Source of the DNA: Moniliella sp. 'wahieum'
Taxonomy: Eukaryota
DNA: 64,000 nt
Assembly (NCBI GenBank): GCA_003971905.1
Contig: RSEE01000065.1
Location: 1 to 64,000, forward strand
Reading direction: 5' to 3'
Under the pieces are notes generated by a model. It saw nothing but the letters and a program-made list of their open reading frames with translations. It had not been told where the DNA came from and did not search any database. Position numbers and translations under genes: made by a program. Each line of letters opens with the position of its first letter. Within the stretch, counting starts at the first letter, position 1. This document shows positions 22,274-36,633 of this stretch, piece after piece.

Positions 22274-24498
22274 GCTGCTTCGCTGCTGACAGCGCCGACG
22301 TCCACCAGAGTCGTGCAAGCGAGGTTGGACAGTCACCTATGTGGAGAAGAAGGTCGGGCGTGCTTATGTCATGACAGCCCCGCCTGCTGCGTCCGGAGAT
22401 CTGATATCTGGAGCAAGCGGAGTGCGGCGCATTGGATTTCAAAGTAGCAGATATATGAAGCTTCACTTGAAGGTGCATAAACGTCAGTCGTTCGATTGGC
22501 AGCTGCTACCACTACATCTCCTTTTGGAGATATTAGGCGTATATGTGGTCTCCCCATCAGCACTTTTGGCCACTTATAAGAGCGAGCCAAATACAATTAC
22601 CAGTACCGAAGGATGGGCCGTTCGTAGCAGGCTTTATAACCCTCCTGAGAGATGGTCGTACTCTTCTCCAACGGAGGAGCCGGCAAGTGGCAACCGTGGG
22701 GGGAGTAGGATAGACCGCAAAGCGTCGAAGGAGATGTGTGCCGGTTAGGCACATGCGTGATGACGCTTGTTGGCACATGTGGCACGTACCCCGCACATAC
22801 CTGGTACCTACACATACCTGGTACCTAGTATCATATTCAACGTCGCCACATGCCACACCATGTCACACGTGCTTCTGTATCCACTTCAAGTGGCGGACGC
22901 TTGAGAGCTTGAAGCTTGAAGCTTGAAGCTTTTTGAAGCTTAATCGACAATAATCCTAGCCCTGCCCAGCCGACGAGGATGCCGGGGGGAGCCCAGGCCC
23001 GCTCAGGCTTAGCGCCGAGCAGGAATTACGTGTAACGCGTACGACAGGAAATACAAATTGGTAGCAGCGAACTGGTTTCCAAAGGGAAAGGTGGATGGTC
23101 GATGGGGGGGATACTGGATCTGAATTCTAGGTATAGATCTGAGATTCTGAGATCTGAGATTCGAGATTGCATGATGCATGATGACTCACCGGTCCCCGGT
23201 CCCCCCGAGTCCGAGGAATCTACGTTGAACATTGAACGTTGAACGTTGAACGACGTAACGCTGAAGTTGAAGACGTTCAAGCACGTTCACTTGAACTACG
23301 GCCTGAACTGAACGGGACGTGCGCGTGAACGTTGAACTTGAACCAAGGTTACCGGCCGGTTACTGGTTAACGTTTGACGCTTAAGCTTTAAGGCTTAAAG
23401 ACATGTTGGAGTTCAGCCGAACTGCCGCACTGCTATCGCTGTGCAATGCATGTCAGCAAGTCCTACGAGACGTGCGGCGGAGGTGCAAAAGTTGATGGAG
23501 TCGATTGATAATTCTCAGAGGCGTCCCATCCGCGGTCTGATGCTCGTCTGGATCAGTACGTCATCCCGACCAGCCAACCAGCGCCTCCGCACTTGGGCCG
23601 CCGAGGATGCTCCCCTCGCCCGCCCGATGACGAGGTGGGGGGTGACAGAGCAGCGCACGGGCGCCATGCTGCGGGCGGAGAGGCGGTGCGGGGGCAGTGT
23701 GGTGTGTGCGCCAAGTCATCCGACTTGGGGTCTCAGTCACATGTCACACGTCAGCACTCGGTGGTCATCCCACTTGGTGTGTGAGTGGAGCGCACCGCAG
23801 CCGGCAGCTGGGGCCACTTGAGGGGGCTAGTACCATAGTCATCCCAATGTCCCCCACTTGTGCTGGTGCCGTTGGCCACCGAGTGAGCGCGGTTGGCCGA
23901 CGCTTTGAGAGCAGGCTCCAGCTCACGCTCACGGCTCACGACTCACGCGGCTCACGGCCCCCGCCTGGAAGCTGCGTGCAGCTGCCCTCAAGCTCAGGCC
24001 CATGCTCCTGTATACCCAAACTAGCTTCTGGCCACAGGGCCACGACAGACCAGGACAGACCCCCACGGCGCACCCACGCACTCCCCCCCCCTTTCCCCCG
24101 CTTGAGCGGCCCAGCGGCCCCGTTGCAATGACCTGTTCCCAGCCCCAGACAGGAGGCCACGAGGTGGCCCGTGGGGCGGGTGTGTTCGGGTGTGTCTGGG
24201 TGTGTCTGGGGCCGCTCCAGCCAGACGCATCACACACGGTCTCGCATCCTCATGCATCGTGCCGTTCATCATTCCTTCCCCTCGCAGCACTGACCGCGCT
24301 CTGTATCGTTCGATGTTTGAGCCAGTAGTAGCCAGCTGCCAGCCAGTATATAAAGCCCCGCCCCCCCCCCCGAATCTCGCTCACGCTATACCCTCAGCAC
24401 ATCCCGCACCCTTACCGATTGTCGGTTATCGATTATCGCTCCTCCGCTCTTGGATACCCACCCCCTCCAGTACCCACCTCATCCGCTTTTCCTCCACC

Positions 24499-25584
24499 AT
24501 GTCCATCCCCTTCCGCTCCCTCGGCGGCACCGCCTCCGGTGTTTCGGTTGGCGCCAGTGCGTGTTGAGCTTCCGTCGCTCGGAGAAGATGAGGACGCTGA
24601 CCTGAATTACCCTTGTTGCAGTTGGCTATGGCGCCCTCGAGCTCACCTGGACCACCAGCCCGCCTCCCGATTCGCAGGCGTTTGAAGCGCTGAATGCTGC
24701 ACTCGATGCAGGCACGACCTTCTGGGTGTTTGGCACGTACTACTCGATGGACCAGACCATGGACAACCTTTTGCTCCTGGCGCGCTACTTTGATGCCTTC
24801 CCGCAGAACGCGGCGCGTGTCTTTTTGGCGGTCAAAGGCGGCTTTGCTCCGTTTACAACTTGACCCGCTCCGACTCGAGCGTCGAGACGCTGCGGCAAGA
24901 GCTTTCGGCTGCCTTCCGTTCGCTCAACCGGCACAAGCGCATTGACCTCTTCCTCTTGGCCCGCAAGGACACCCACTTGAAGAACAAACAGATTGGCGCC
25001 AACCTGAAGCAGCTGGTGACCGAAGGGTTGACCCGGCACGTGGGTCTGTGTGAAGTGTCGGCAACGACGATCCGTGAGGTGCATGCGGTCATCCCCCTGG
25101 CCGCCGTCGAAGCCGAATACAACCCTGCCACGCTCGACATTGAGAAGGAGGGCATCTTGGCCACGCTCAAGGAGTTGGGGATTGCCCTGATCGCGTCCCG
25201 CCCCTTGGCTCGCGGTATTTTACGGGCGCGTTGAAGAGCAAGCAGGATCTGCCTGCCGGTGATCCTCGGCAGTCCATGCCGCGCTTTTCTTCCGAGGCGT
25301 TTGATCACAACTTGGCCCTGGCCAAGCCCGTGGTCGACATTGCGGCACGGGAGGGCATCCCTGTGGTGCAGCTCGTCCTGGCGTGGGAACTGGCGCAGTA
25401 CGACAAGCTGATTCCCATCCCGGGCTCCACCCATTCCGCTTTGATCACCCAGAACGCCGACGCGGCCAACCTGGTGCTGTCGCCCGAGCTCAACCAGGAG
25501 TTGCGCAATGTGTTTGAGACGCTTGCCAAGGAGGTCAAGGGCGAACGCTTCTCCGAGACGGGTGTTAAGATCGTGTACAGTTGA
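24499..25584 (+). CDS. Aldo-keto reductase (pyridoxal reductase-like)
   Basis: VGYGALELTW, IDLF, HVGLCEVSATTIREVHAV, IPIPGST motifs. One intron near the 5' end, several frameshifts, and a TATAAA box at ~24349. Confidence 0.85.
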
Positions 25585-26023
25585 TTTGCTCTTCAATCTT
25601 CTGCTTATCATCGAGTGTATCCAGCACGCTTTGCTCTCTAATCATGTCGATATTGTTTCCCTTTCCTAGTTTATTTGCTCGTAAAGGTACAGATGTGTGT
25701 CATAGGGGCTGTGCCTCTAGTAAAGATAGGGATATGTTCGGCTAAGATCGAGCATCTTCTCTGTATCCTCGCTGTGGCGGTTGAACGTCGAGCTGCTAAC
25801 GGGGAGGGATGAAATATGCGGACCAGAAGAGGTCGCGGCAGCTTCAGCCAGCGCATTGACAGGAACGATAAGCTAAGAGACAGGTGTCTCTGGAGCTGTA
25901 TGAGATCCACTACCTTGTCTAGGAGCGGGACACGCGAGACGAAAGATATCGACATTTTGAGGAATTAGAGAAACAGTAGGATGGGCCAGAGGTCAAGGGG
26001 AGGGCGATGGCCATGGCCATGGC

Positions 26024-27214
26024 TCATGCACGCAGTCCTCCCACCTCAGCGCTGTGGGCCTTGCCCTCGTAGATCATCTCGGCCATGACCTTACCTGTGC
26101 CAGGCCCGAGGGTAATGCCCCAGCAGGTATGGCCTGCCGCAATGTAGAGTCCTGTTTCGGGCAGGCCGTCAATCAAGGGGCCACGGAACGCTCCGGCCGG
26201 AGGTAGCACGCGTGCTGTGCCTCGAGCAAGGCACCATCGCCCAAGCAGGTAGGTGCAATGATGCGAATCTGCTCCATGAGTTTTTTGGTCTGGCGCGGCT
26301 CGTAGCCAATGTCATCTGCCAGCCGGGCAGCGGCTCATTGTCCGAGCCACCACAGATGTACACCGTTCCGTCCCCGCGGGCATAAATCTCCGGTCCACGA
26401 GCAACAATGCCCGTGTCCCCAAAGCGCATGTCGGTGAAGAGGCAGTGAGCGGTTGTCGGCCTGGTACCGCGAAGAATGATCGAGTGCGCACGAGAGCCAC
26501 CGACAGTACGGCCTTTGCGAGCGACCTTGCTGTGGTACAGCAGGCTGGTAGGTTGGATCAAATTCTTGAACAGCTCTCCGGTCCAAGGCCCTGCGGCCAC
26601 CACCACCCGGTCACAATCCAGCGTTTCCGCCCGGGCGCCATCCACACTCTCAATCACCAGACCCTTGATCGTGTCTTCTTCCGAAAGGAGAATCTGAGTA
26701 GCCTTGGTGCCCACCCCACTCGACGCCTTGCTGTTTGCACGCCTCCTCGACCAAGTACTCAACAAGGAACTTGGGTGTGACCTGGGCCGTCGAACCCTTG
26801 CCGCCCATCTGTTTGGTAGAGGTGACAATCTTGGGGTCGATCCAGTGCAGCTCCTTGGGACACTTGGAGCGATGCTTGGAAGTGTCAATGTTGACCTGCA
26901 GCGTTTCGACCTCGCGGTACCCCCAGCGCTCAACGCCATTCCCTCCTCCGCCAGGTCCTTGTGCAGCTGATAACTGAGACGGGCCAAAGAAGAGGTGGAG
27001 AAGCCGTGCCAATCGCGGGCCAAGAAGCCGCCAGAACGGCCACTGGCCGACGCCGCCAGCTCATAGCTCGCCTCGAGAAGCGTCACCTTGCTGCCGGGCG
27101 GGCGGTAGGGATGCTTGGCCATGTAATACAGGATGGATGCGCCTATGATGCCGCCGCCAATGATACCACGTGCTGGGGTGGGGTGTGGGTGTGGGTGTGC
27201 TGGAAGGAGGACAT
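26024..27214 (-). CDS. FAD-dependent oxidoreductase (DAO/Tda3-like)
   Basis: IIGGGIIG, ASGRSGGFLARDW, VVAAGPWTG, PEIYARGDGTVYICG, AAGHTCWGITLGPGTGKVMAE. Confidence 0.88.
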
Positions 27215-27981
27215 GGTGGTGGTGATGGCGGATTCAGAGCGCCAGACGGGGCCGCCTGAGGCCAAGACGGGACCTGGTGCGTGACGCGTGGCGTGTGATG
27301 CACGTGATGTGTGATGCCCATGCGTCGGCGTTTAAAATTTAAGCCATCAGCTTGAAGACTGGGTTAGTAGGCGGTGGCCTTGCAGAACGGTGCAAGGCAA
27401 CTTGCTTAGAAGGCACCTCTCCACACCGTGCCTTGCTCGATGTACTTTGTCAAGGGCCTGCAGTGTCCACAGACCCATTCATCTGGCTCTGTCCCAACCC
27501 TGCCGTGCCCCCAGAACTCACGGGCCATCAGTACTTAGTACGGTTGCCCGCCACACCTGTTGAGGGCGCTGAGAGCCCGCTGAGTCCCGAGGTAAAGGTG
27601 GAGGGATTGGCAAGGCTGGAACTCTGGGCAGACCCAGTCGCGCGATTGAGCGGACATTCTCGCGTGTGGCAACGTCCTGTAGGTAGTTCCCTTTGTTGGG
27701 CCACAGATGCGATCGGAGAGCGAATTCGCCGGCCTCAGGCTTCACCCTTGGGATGTTCAGATGATGATGCTGCAACCCTGCCCCCCCTGCAGACTTCATC
27801 TTACGTGCATCTAAGGGGCACCCACGGAGGCGAACGAGAGCAGGGCCACGGCGGCCTGCCTGCACAGGCATAACCGCAACAGGGTATAGTGCGACATCAA
27901 CTGGATTCAATGGGTGAAGGTTACAAGTACAGGGAGGGGGACGAAGAAGGCGTGAGGGGGCAAGTCAAACATCCAAGCGCC

Positions 27982-28466
<485 letters not shown>

Positions 28467-28835
28467 GGTGGACGAACGCGAACGGTAGGGGAGGTAGGTA
28501 GGAGGTGGTCAAAGCGTGGGTGGTCTGTTGGCGTTAGCAACGTGGCCACGAAGTCTATTTTATAGCCTTGGCTGCCCCCAACAGTCGGGATGCCACTGTG
28601 GTTTTGGTGCGCATCAATATCCTCGTGCCAACCCTATTCGAACCACAACAGTAACAACACACCATCGCTTCCGCTTTTCAGTGCGCACCAAAACCTAGTA
28701 CCCCTGGGAATCCATTGTTGGTGTGGAGCAGTGGATATAAATGCGCCCCACCTGGTCGTCGGCTTAAGCGCACCGACTTCCTTTCTCCTCACCACACTTC
28801 CTTCTCGCTTTCTCACTCTCGAGCACCCCATCATT

Positions 28836-29329
28836 ATGTCTGGTGGAAATCTGGTGGCAAGTCTGGTGGCAAGGCCGGTGGTGCGGCGGCGCCAAAGCGA
28901 CCTCTCGGTCAGCCAAGGCCGGTTTGCAGTTCCCTGTGGGCCGGATTCACCCTGCTGCGCAAGGGCAACTACGGCCAGCGGATTGGTGCGGGTGCGCCGG
29001 TGTACCTGGCTGCCGTGCTAGAGTACTTGACTGCTGAAATCCTCGAATTGGCTGGCAACGCTGCGCGGGACAACAAGAAGAGCCGTGTGCGTACAGCTGT
29101 TCCTACCCCGTGTTTCTCTTGCGCTCCGCGGTGTCCTCCTAACCTGAGAGTGTTGTTTGGTTGCAGATTGTACCCCGCCACCTCCAACTCGCTATCCGGA
29201 ACGACGAGGAGCTCAACAAGCTTCTTGGTGGTGTGACCATCTCCCAGGGTGTGTGCTTCCCCACATCAATCCCGAACTGTTGCCGCCCAAGTCGAGCAAG
29301 AGCAAGAAGAGGCCTCGCAAGAGGTGTAA
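28836..29329 (+). CDS. HTA1: Histone H2A
   Basis: [93 protein letters not shown]. Divergent from H2B. Confidence 0.97.
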
Positions 29330-31176
29330 CCCTTTCTTGTTTGGCTACCCCCCCGACCCTGGTTTCAAAAAAAGGGATCGCCTGTACCGCTTCAGCCTTC
29401 AGCATTTGTACTCTAGAATTAGCAACCCATGTTACTGCAATCCCATGTGATCTTCGTGGCCAAGCATCAAGATACATAACCTGTACTGTCTGTCAATAAT
29501 CGAGAGAATTGATGGGATCTGGTCTGGCAGTCGCGCGGCCTTCTCCCATTTTGGCTACACGGTGGCAGCTGAGAGCCTGAAGGCAGGTTAGAGAAAGAAG
29601 TAGGTGGAGGTATTCGAGGGTGTTCAGGGGTGTCATGCATGCTATTACGCGCATCTCCCAGATCGCTCACATTGCGTACCTCTGCCGCGTGCACATCCAC
29701 GCCCCACCTCCCCCTGTTCCTCATCCCCACCAACACTCCCTTCTGCCATCAACACCGCACTGCGGCCTCTGGCCCGCAGGAGTGCTGCTATCTGGCACAG
29801 CCAACTGTTCTCTCCAGGAAGTGCACATGCACGAGGCGGCAAGTCAGGTGGCAGAAGCAGTGGCTGTCATAGTGATTAATGATTGCCCTTGTTACTGTGG
29901 CGTATATCTTTCTGGGGGTGGTCTGGAGTCACTGCTACTCCCGGGTTCCGTCGGATGGGATGGTGACCGGGTCCTTATACACTGGCTTCGCCTATTCCTG
30001 ATCGGCCTCTGTCGTTCCTTCATCCCGCATTCAGGTGTCGTTTTTGGCCTCTCTTCATAAGCTTCATAAGTCCTTTTGATGCTGGGCACCGTGGGCGGGT
30101 ACTGGCCTGGAATTCGGAACCCCCGAGCTCGGTACTTCCTGCACGGTCCTACCCCCTCCCTGCAGCGGCTTTCACCATCCCTATTCGGCCTTTTGCTCGT
30201 GTCGGAGGTGCCGCAGTTATTGTGCGTGGGCTAGCAAGGCAAATGACGTTTCCTGATTCTCTCCAAATTGCGACCCACGCGGGCGATTGAGGTGGATGCT
30301 CCCTTGGGAATGTGTCTCTTTCTCCTGCAGGCCGATAGGAGCTGTCAAGACTATTGGGGGCAGCATGGAACAGGCAACAACTTTGGACCTGCAGCAAGCG
30401 CCAGCCAAGCGCACGCAGCGTGGATGGGCCGCTGGGTGGAGCGCGATGGCTGAGGAGTAGGAGGTGGCAGTTACGCCCCTTGGCTGTGGATCCCGAGGCG
30501 ATGCGGCCGTGCGCTGTGACATGTGAAGACAGAGCGGGTAGAAGCGAGTTCTCTGCGTGTGTGGGTGGCGGCAAGAAGCATCGGAACCGCGATGGCGGAG
30601 TGATGGCCGTCGCACCGGCAGACGAGAGCCGGGCCGGGCCGAGAGTCGGCGCAAGCCGGGCGGGTGGGGGGGGGGGGGCAGCACTGGGGCAGCGTCCAGC
30701 TGGCACTTGGGTGGCGCTGTGGGCTGGACGAGTGGTGACTCAGTCGCCTGCCGGACGGGGAAGCGGGCTGGGCGCTGGGCTGGCGGGTGGCGGGCACTGG
30801 CGGGCACTTTGGCGCGGGGCCGGACCCGCGCAGCAGTAGGGTTGGGCCTCCCATGGGTGCTGCGGGCGGAAGAAGCGGGGCGGAGCAAGCGGGCCGGGCC
30901 GGACAGACCAGCCGATGCACGGGCCAGGCAGCCGCACGGCGCCTGTGTGTGCACCCCGCATTCGCTGCTTTTCCTCCCAGGTGGCTGGGAGCTAGGCTAC
31001 GCTCGCCCACTGCTGCAGTGCTGCAGCCGGTGTGAAAGTGGCCGTGCCGGGCCAGCAGCCACACCGCGCCGGCGTATAAAACGTCCAAGCACCGCCAGCG
31101 CTCTCCAGCATCGACCAGCTCGTGCTTGGCATCCCCCTCCCCCTCCGCCGCCCACACGCCCACCACACCCACCAGC

Positions 31177-32839
31177 ATGTCTGTCGAAGGAGTCCGTGTC
31201 ATTGGTACGTGTAGCCCAGCCCCCGCCGCGCCGCCCCCTGCCCGCGCCCTTGGTTGCTGACTCCCCCCAGCCCCCGTCGAGGGCGCCCACAAGGAGATCC
31301 TCACCCCCGAGGCGCTCAAGTTTGTCGCTGTTCTCCACCGCAACTTTGACGCGCGCCGCCAGAAGCTGCTCAAGGCGCGCGAGATTCGGCAGGTGCAGCT
31401 GGACGCTGGCGTGCCGCTTGACTTTTTGCCCGAGACCAAGTACATTCGCGAGGACCCCAACTGGCGCGCTGCGCCGCCGGCGCCCGGGCTGCGCGACCGC
31501 CGGGTTGAGATTACTGGGCCCGTGGATCGCAAGATGGTGATCAATGCGCTCAACTCGGGCGCCTACACGTACTGGCCGACTTTGAGGACTCCAACTCGCC
31601 CACCTGGAGCAACAATCTCGATGGCCAAGTCAACATGCGCGACGCTGTCTTCCGCCAGATTGACTTTTCTTTGCCCAATGGCAAGTCATACAAGCTCAAG
31701 CCGGCTGGGCAGACGGCGACGTTGATTGTGCGCCCGCGTGGCTGGCATCTGGACGAGGCGAACGTGCTGGTTGATGGCAAGCCCGTCTCGGGCGGCATCT
31801 TTGACTTTGCTCTGTACTTTTTCCACAATGCCAAGGAACTCGTCCGCACTGGCTATGGGCCGTACTTTTACCTGCCCAAGATGGAGCACCACTTGGAGGC
31901 ACGGCTGTGGAACGATGTGTTCAATGTGGCGCAGGACTACCTTGCCGTACCGCGCGGCACGATCCGCGGCACGGTGCTGATTGAGACGATCACGGCTGCG
32001 TTCCAGATGGACGAGATTATCTATGAGCTGCGCGACCACAGCTCGGGCCTCAACTGTGGCCGGTGGGACTACATCTTTTCGTTTATCAAGCGTCAACGCT
32101 TCCAGAAGGAGCAGCTGCTGCCCGACCGCGTGACGTGACGATGACGGTGCCGTTTATGCAGGCGTATGTCAACCTCTTGATCCAGACGTGCCACAAGCGT
32201 GGCGTGGCTGCGATTGGTGGTATGGCCGCCCAGATCCCCATCAAGGCAACCCGCAGGCCAACGAGGCGGCCATGAACAAGGTTCGCGCCGACAAGCTGCG
32301 CGAGGTCAAGGCAGGTCACGATGGCACCGGGTCGCGCACCCGGCGCTGGTCAAGATCGCGCTCGAAATCTTTAACCAGCACATGCTTGGTCCCAACCAGT
32401 ACTTTATCCGTCGTGAGGAGGTCACGGTCACGGCCAAGGACTTGGTCAACCCGGCGGTGCCGGGCAAGATTACCGAGGGAGGCGCGCGGGCGAACGTGTC
32501 GGCGCTGCTGGGCTACTGTGCCAACTGGGTCAAGGGCAATGGCTGTGTTCCGATCAACTACATGATGGAGGATGCGGCCACGGCCGAGATTTCGCGGGTG
32601 GGATTGTGGTCGTGGGTGTACCACGGCGCGTCTACGGCCGAGGGCAAGAAGGTCACGCCCGAGTACATTGACCAGCTCTTGGCTGAGAGGCGGCCAAGCT
32701 GACCAAGCTCGATGCGAACGCGGTGGGACTGGCGCGCAAGTACCTGTCGGAGCAGGTGCGGGCGCCCAAGCCGTCCGAGTTCCTCACCTCGGACCTGTAC
32801 CCCTACCTCGTCAAGGGTCTCGGCCAGGCTCGCCTGTGA
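31177..32839 (+). CDS. MLS1: Malate synthase (peroxisomal, PTS1 ARL)
   Basis: [77 protein letters not shown]-terminal -ARL. Confidence 0.96.
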
Positions 32840-34055
32840 GCATGGGTGCGAGCCTGTGCCCTGTGAGCCGTATGGGGGACCACGCGAAGAGCTGGGTGGG
32901 CGGCGAGGGTTCAAGAACTGAAAGCGTCGTCAGCGCTCAGCAGCCATGCTGTTTCCTCCATATCCTTCTACGCCATGTACCATACCTACTAAAGCTACGC
33001 ATGCCTCTTCTGAAGCTAATTGGTGTTGGGTGGCAGGATCGGGATGCAAGGTAGTCTATAGGGCCAGCGGTGTATGTACAAGTACAACCCACCTCAACCA
33101 CTGGTAGCCAGGTATGTTGCACGCGTATACCGCGTGGCGGCATGTCCTGCCCTGTCGTGTGTTTGTCTCTGTGCGCCAGTGTGGGTCGCCCTGTTTGGCC
33201 CCGCAGGCACTGGTCCCTAGTTCTTGCCACATGTCCCCACAAGCGCACAAGCAGAGTCTCCCGGGAGTAGCCGACAGGTGAAGGATGAGGCAGATGGTGT
33301 TGTTCGCGTGATGGCTGACCGTGGGGCAGCGCCTGACAAGCCTGACATGTGACACATGACAGCGCCGGAAGTGTAGAAAAAGGCGCCCGGGTTGAGCCAA
33401 CTTGAGCCAAGGGGTTGTTGAGGCCCGAGGGCCTGAGGACCGGCTAGCGGTGGCGGTGGCGGGGCGGTGGCGGTGGCAGAGGCGGAGTCCAAAAGAAAAA
33501 AAAAAAAAAAAAAGGCAGATCTTCGTCTCGCTGTCCTTCTCCCCGCACCCACATAGTACACAGAAAACAACCGAGGCAGCGGCGCAGTCGCCTAATACCT
33601 ACAGAACGATGCAAATGGCGGGGGCGTACATACTATGCTTCCGAACCGACAATCTCGTCGTTCTTTCTGCGCCCTCCGCGTAGCGACTTTATCCTCAGCA
33701 ACGTTCAATAGCCCCCCGTACCGAGTACCTGTGTAGTGAGTACGGTGAGCAATGCCTAACGCCTAATGCGTACTCGACCCAGGTGGGGCATGTGAAATCA
33801 ATCCAATGGGGGCAAATCAAAAGCCGATGTGGGAGCCAACCCACAGCCAAGCCACCTTTATTGCAGGCCCACTGCTCCTTCTCCCTCTTCTCCTTCTTTC
33901 TCCTTCTCCCCCTCCACCATCACCATCGCCACCTCCCTCCTCGACAGCAACAGTATACCCCGTCATCGCCCTCCACCGGTTCCACCCGCCCTCTTAATCT
34001 TCTTTGCCTCCTGCCCACTTCCGCCCCACGCCACAGTGGCCTCGTTCCCCGCAAT

Positions 34056-34752
34056 ATGTCTCCCCTGCCCGCGGCGGCCAGTGAGCGTGGTGCGCCGAGC
34101 CGGGAGCGCAAGCTCGCCGTTCTGGGCAGCCGGAACGTGGGCAAGTCCTCGCTGGTGGTGCGGTACGTCGAGGGGGTATTTGTGGACAGCTACTACCCCA
34201 CGGTCGAGGGCACGTTTACCAAGGCGATTCGTTTCCACCAGCACGTGTACCCTTGTCACATTATCGACACGGCCGGCCAAGATGAGTTTTCGTTGTTGTA
34301 TTCGCACCATGCGCAGGGCATCCAAGGCTTTTTGATTGTGTTTGCGCTCAACAGCCGGGCGTCGTTTGAGATTGTGCCGGCGATCTGGGCCAAGATCCTG
34401 GACCGCACCGGCGTCGATTCCGTACCCGGCGTGCTGGTCGGACAAAAGTCCGACTTGCACCAGCAACGCAAAGTAACGCGGGAAGAAGGTGAGACGATGG
34501 CACAAGAGCTGGACGTGCCGTACATTGAAACGTCTGCGCGACATGGAACGAATGTTGGTACGTCGAAATTGGCACCCCCTTCCTTCTCGCCTTACTTTGT
34601 TGGCCGCTCGGTTGGCAGCTGACAGGCTGCTGTGGCGTATATACAGACCAAGTGTTCCAACTGCTGCTCGAACAAACAGAAAAACACCTGCAGCCCTCCC
34701 CGCCCCCGCCCGTGCCCCCCCCAAGGAAGAGAGCGGATGCACGCTGATGTGA
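34056..34752 (+). CDS. RHB1: Rheb small GTPase
   Basis: RKLAVLGSRNVGKSSL, FVDSYYPTVE, DTAGQDEFS, VLVGQKSDL, ETSAR. An intron precedes the CAAX ending GCTLM. Confidence 0.92.
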
Positions 34753-36350
34753 TTCTGACCCCCCCCTCTAACCCTGCTCTGTAGGCGAAGGAGCAGTACC
34801 CTACACGGCACCCGGGTCGGATATACCCGAGGTGTGCGCCTTGTACGGGCGTGCTACTATTCCACCATGTTCGCCACTCGCTTGACCCGTTCCGCTTTGA
34901 CCCGTGACTGTACACTACTCACCTTCTCCTCTCCTCTCCTCTCCTCTCCTCTCCTCAGCTTTCGACGGAGGGACAGGGCGATTTTGCATCCATACGTCCC
35001 CTGGCCCTCCGTTTCCCTTCCCCTCTTCTCCGCCACGATACACGGGCGCGGGTATATTGTTGTTGATCCGTTTTCCCTAGCCTCCTCTTTCCTCCTGGCC
35101 TACGCGCACAGTGGGCACCTCGTGGTCCTGCACGCACTGTTCGGCGTAGATGCTGTGGTACACCTGTGCGCTGTCCTGTAGGCCAAGCAGGATTCCCTGC
35201 CCGCATCTGAGATCCGACGTCTGACGCCTCAACGCGCCCAACTGGGACAGCACCTGCCCTGCGGGGTAAGGGGGGGCCGTGGATCTGTATAGCAGGCTGC
35301 AGGCTGGCTTAGTTTGCTGTATGGATTGAAGCTTGAAGCTTGAAGCTTGAAGCTTGAAGCTTGATCGGCATGCCGTTGCTGCGGCCATCGGCCATGCACC
35401 ATGCGTCATCGACATCATCGATCATAGCTCATCTCGATCATCGGCCATCTCTACAGCCTAGTGTACCCAGTAACGCGCCCACCTACATCGAACCTGGGAA
35501 CGTGTGCGCACGAGGGGGGGCTGAGATCTGAGAAACGGTAGGGCACACGCGCAAGCGCCATTTGCGCCTCCATCGGCTCACTTGCGGGCAGGTTCCCATC
35601 GAGCAGCGCCCCTGCCGCAGAACTAACCAGTGACCAACCAGCCGCAATCCAAGCACGCCTACCGAGTACTGAGTACCGCCTGTCAGAGCGAGGCAGCTGA
35701 TCACGAGTACGGGGGGGGCGAAGGATCGAGTGGAAGCGGTGTCGGTTGTGGCGAGAAGACAGCAGCGGACGCGACCACAGCAGCATAAATGGAAGGTGCG
35801 AGCGCGCGGGCAGAGCACTGGCCTAGTACCCGCGTCCCATAGCGTCTGTTTAACGTTAACGTTAACGTTGAGGTCAAGCTACTGTTTCCACATCCCCACC
35901 GACCCTTCGCGGAATGGGGGAACAAAAGAGTGAAAAAATCATAAATCATTCACTACTCTCAACTTCTCAACTCTCAAATCCCAGCTCGGTACTCAATTAC
36001 TCACCTCCATGCAATAGACTACCCTCCTATTGTCGAGCCCGACCAACGCGAGCCACCATGCGCTGAAGCCTAATGGTCGAGCAGGATGATCGGCGAACGT
36101 GAAGAACAAAATAAAAGGGAGTGAAATTGAACCCGTCTCGCCCGAGGGTGGGAGGGTAGAAATGGCCATCACACAGGACACAGGGGAGGTCACCGGTCAC
36201 TGGTCACGACGACCTCCCTCGCACGAAGAAAGAACCTGGCCAAAGAAGCAGGTCAGGAATCAGGGAATCGGAGGCAGAGGCCCCAAGTGGGCCGGGGAAT
36301 TGGGAATTGGGAATTGGTGGGGTGCGCGTCGGGCCAGCGAGCCGAGCGGC

Positions 36351-36633
36351 TTAGTCGTCCCGGAGCGCGATGTAGAGCGCGTGGATGAGACCAGGGAAGT
36401 AACCAAAGCACTGGGGGAGCAGACAAGCACGTGGATGGTCAGTGGTGGGTCGGACAAGAGACGGGAAGAAGGCAAACAAAAGGCGCGCGGGGAGAAGGAT
36501 TTAAGTTAAGAAGACGTACGGTAAGAACAACGTTGATCCAGAACTGGGCCGTGCAGCCCACCTTCATGAACACGCCAAGAGGCGGGAGGATGATGGCAAG
36601 GATGATGTCAAGGCAAGTAGCGCCGCCGCCCAT
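36351..36633 (-). CDS. PMP3: Pmp3/UPF0057 plasma-membrane proteolipid
   Basis: DIILAIILPPLGVFMKVGCTAQFWINVVLT|CFGYFPGLIHALYIALRDD*, with one intron. Confidence 0.93.

Noticed and set aside
22340..22750. Possible snoRNA or other ncRNA upstream of SWS2 (likewise 44100-44640 and 58650-59100)
   Set aside because: Only scattered short hairpins, with no convincing box set or family signature by eye.
28630..28645. B-box-like GGTTCGAAT on the minus strand between the histone genes (similar hits at ~35490 and ~36130)
   Set aside because: No T-stem, acceptor pairing or matching 5' tRNA half was found.
35326..35364. Heat-shock element or CRISPR-like array
   Set aside because: The period is 7 bp with TTG rather than alternating nGAAn/nTTCn, there are no spacers, and the context is eukaryotic.
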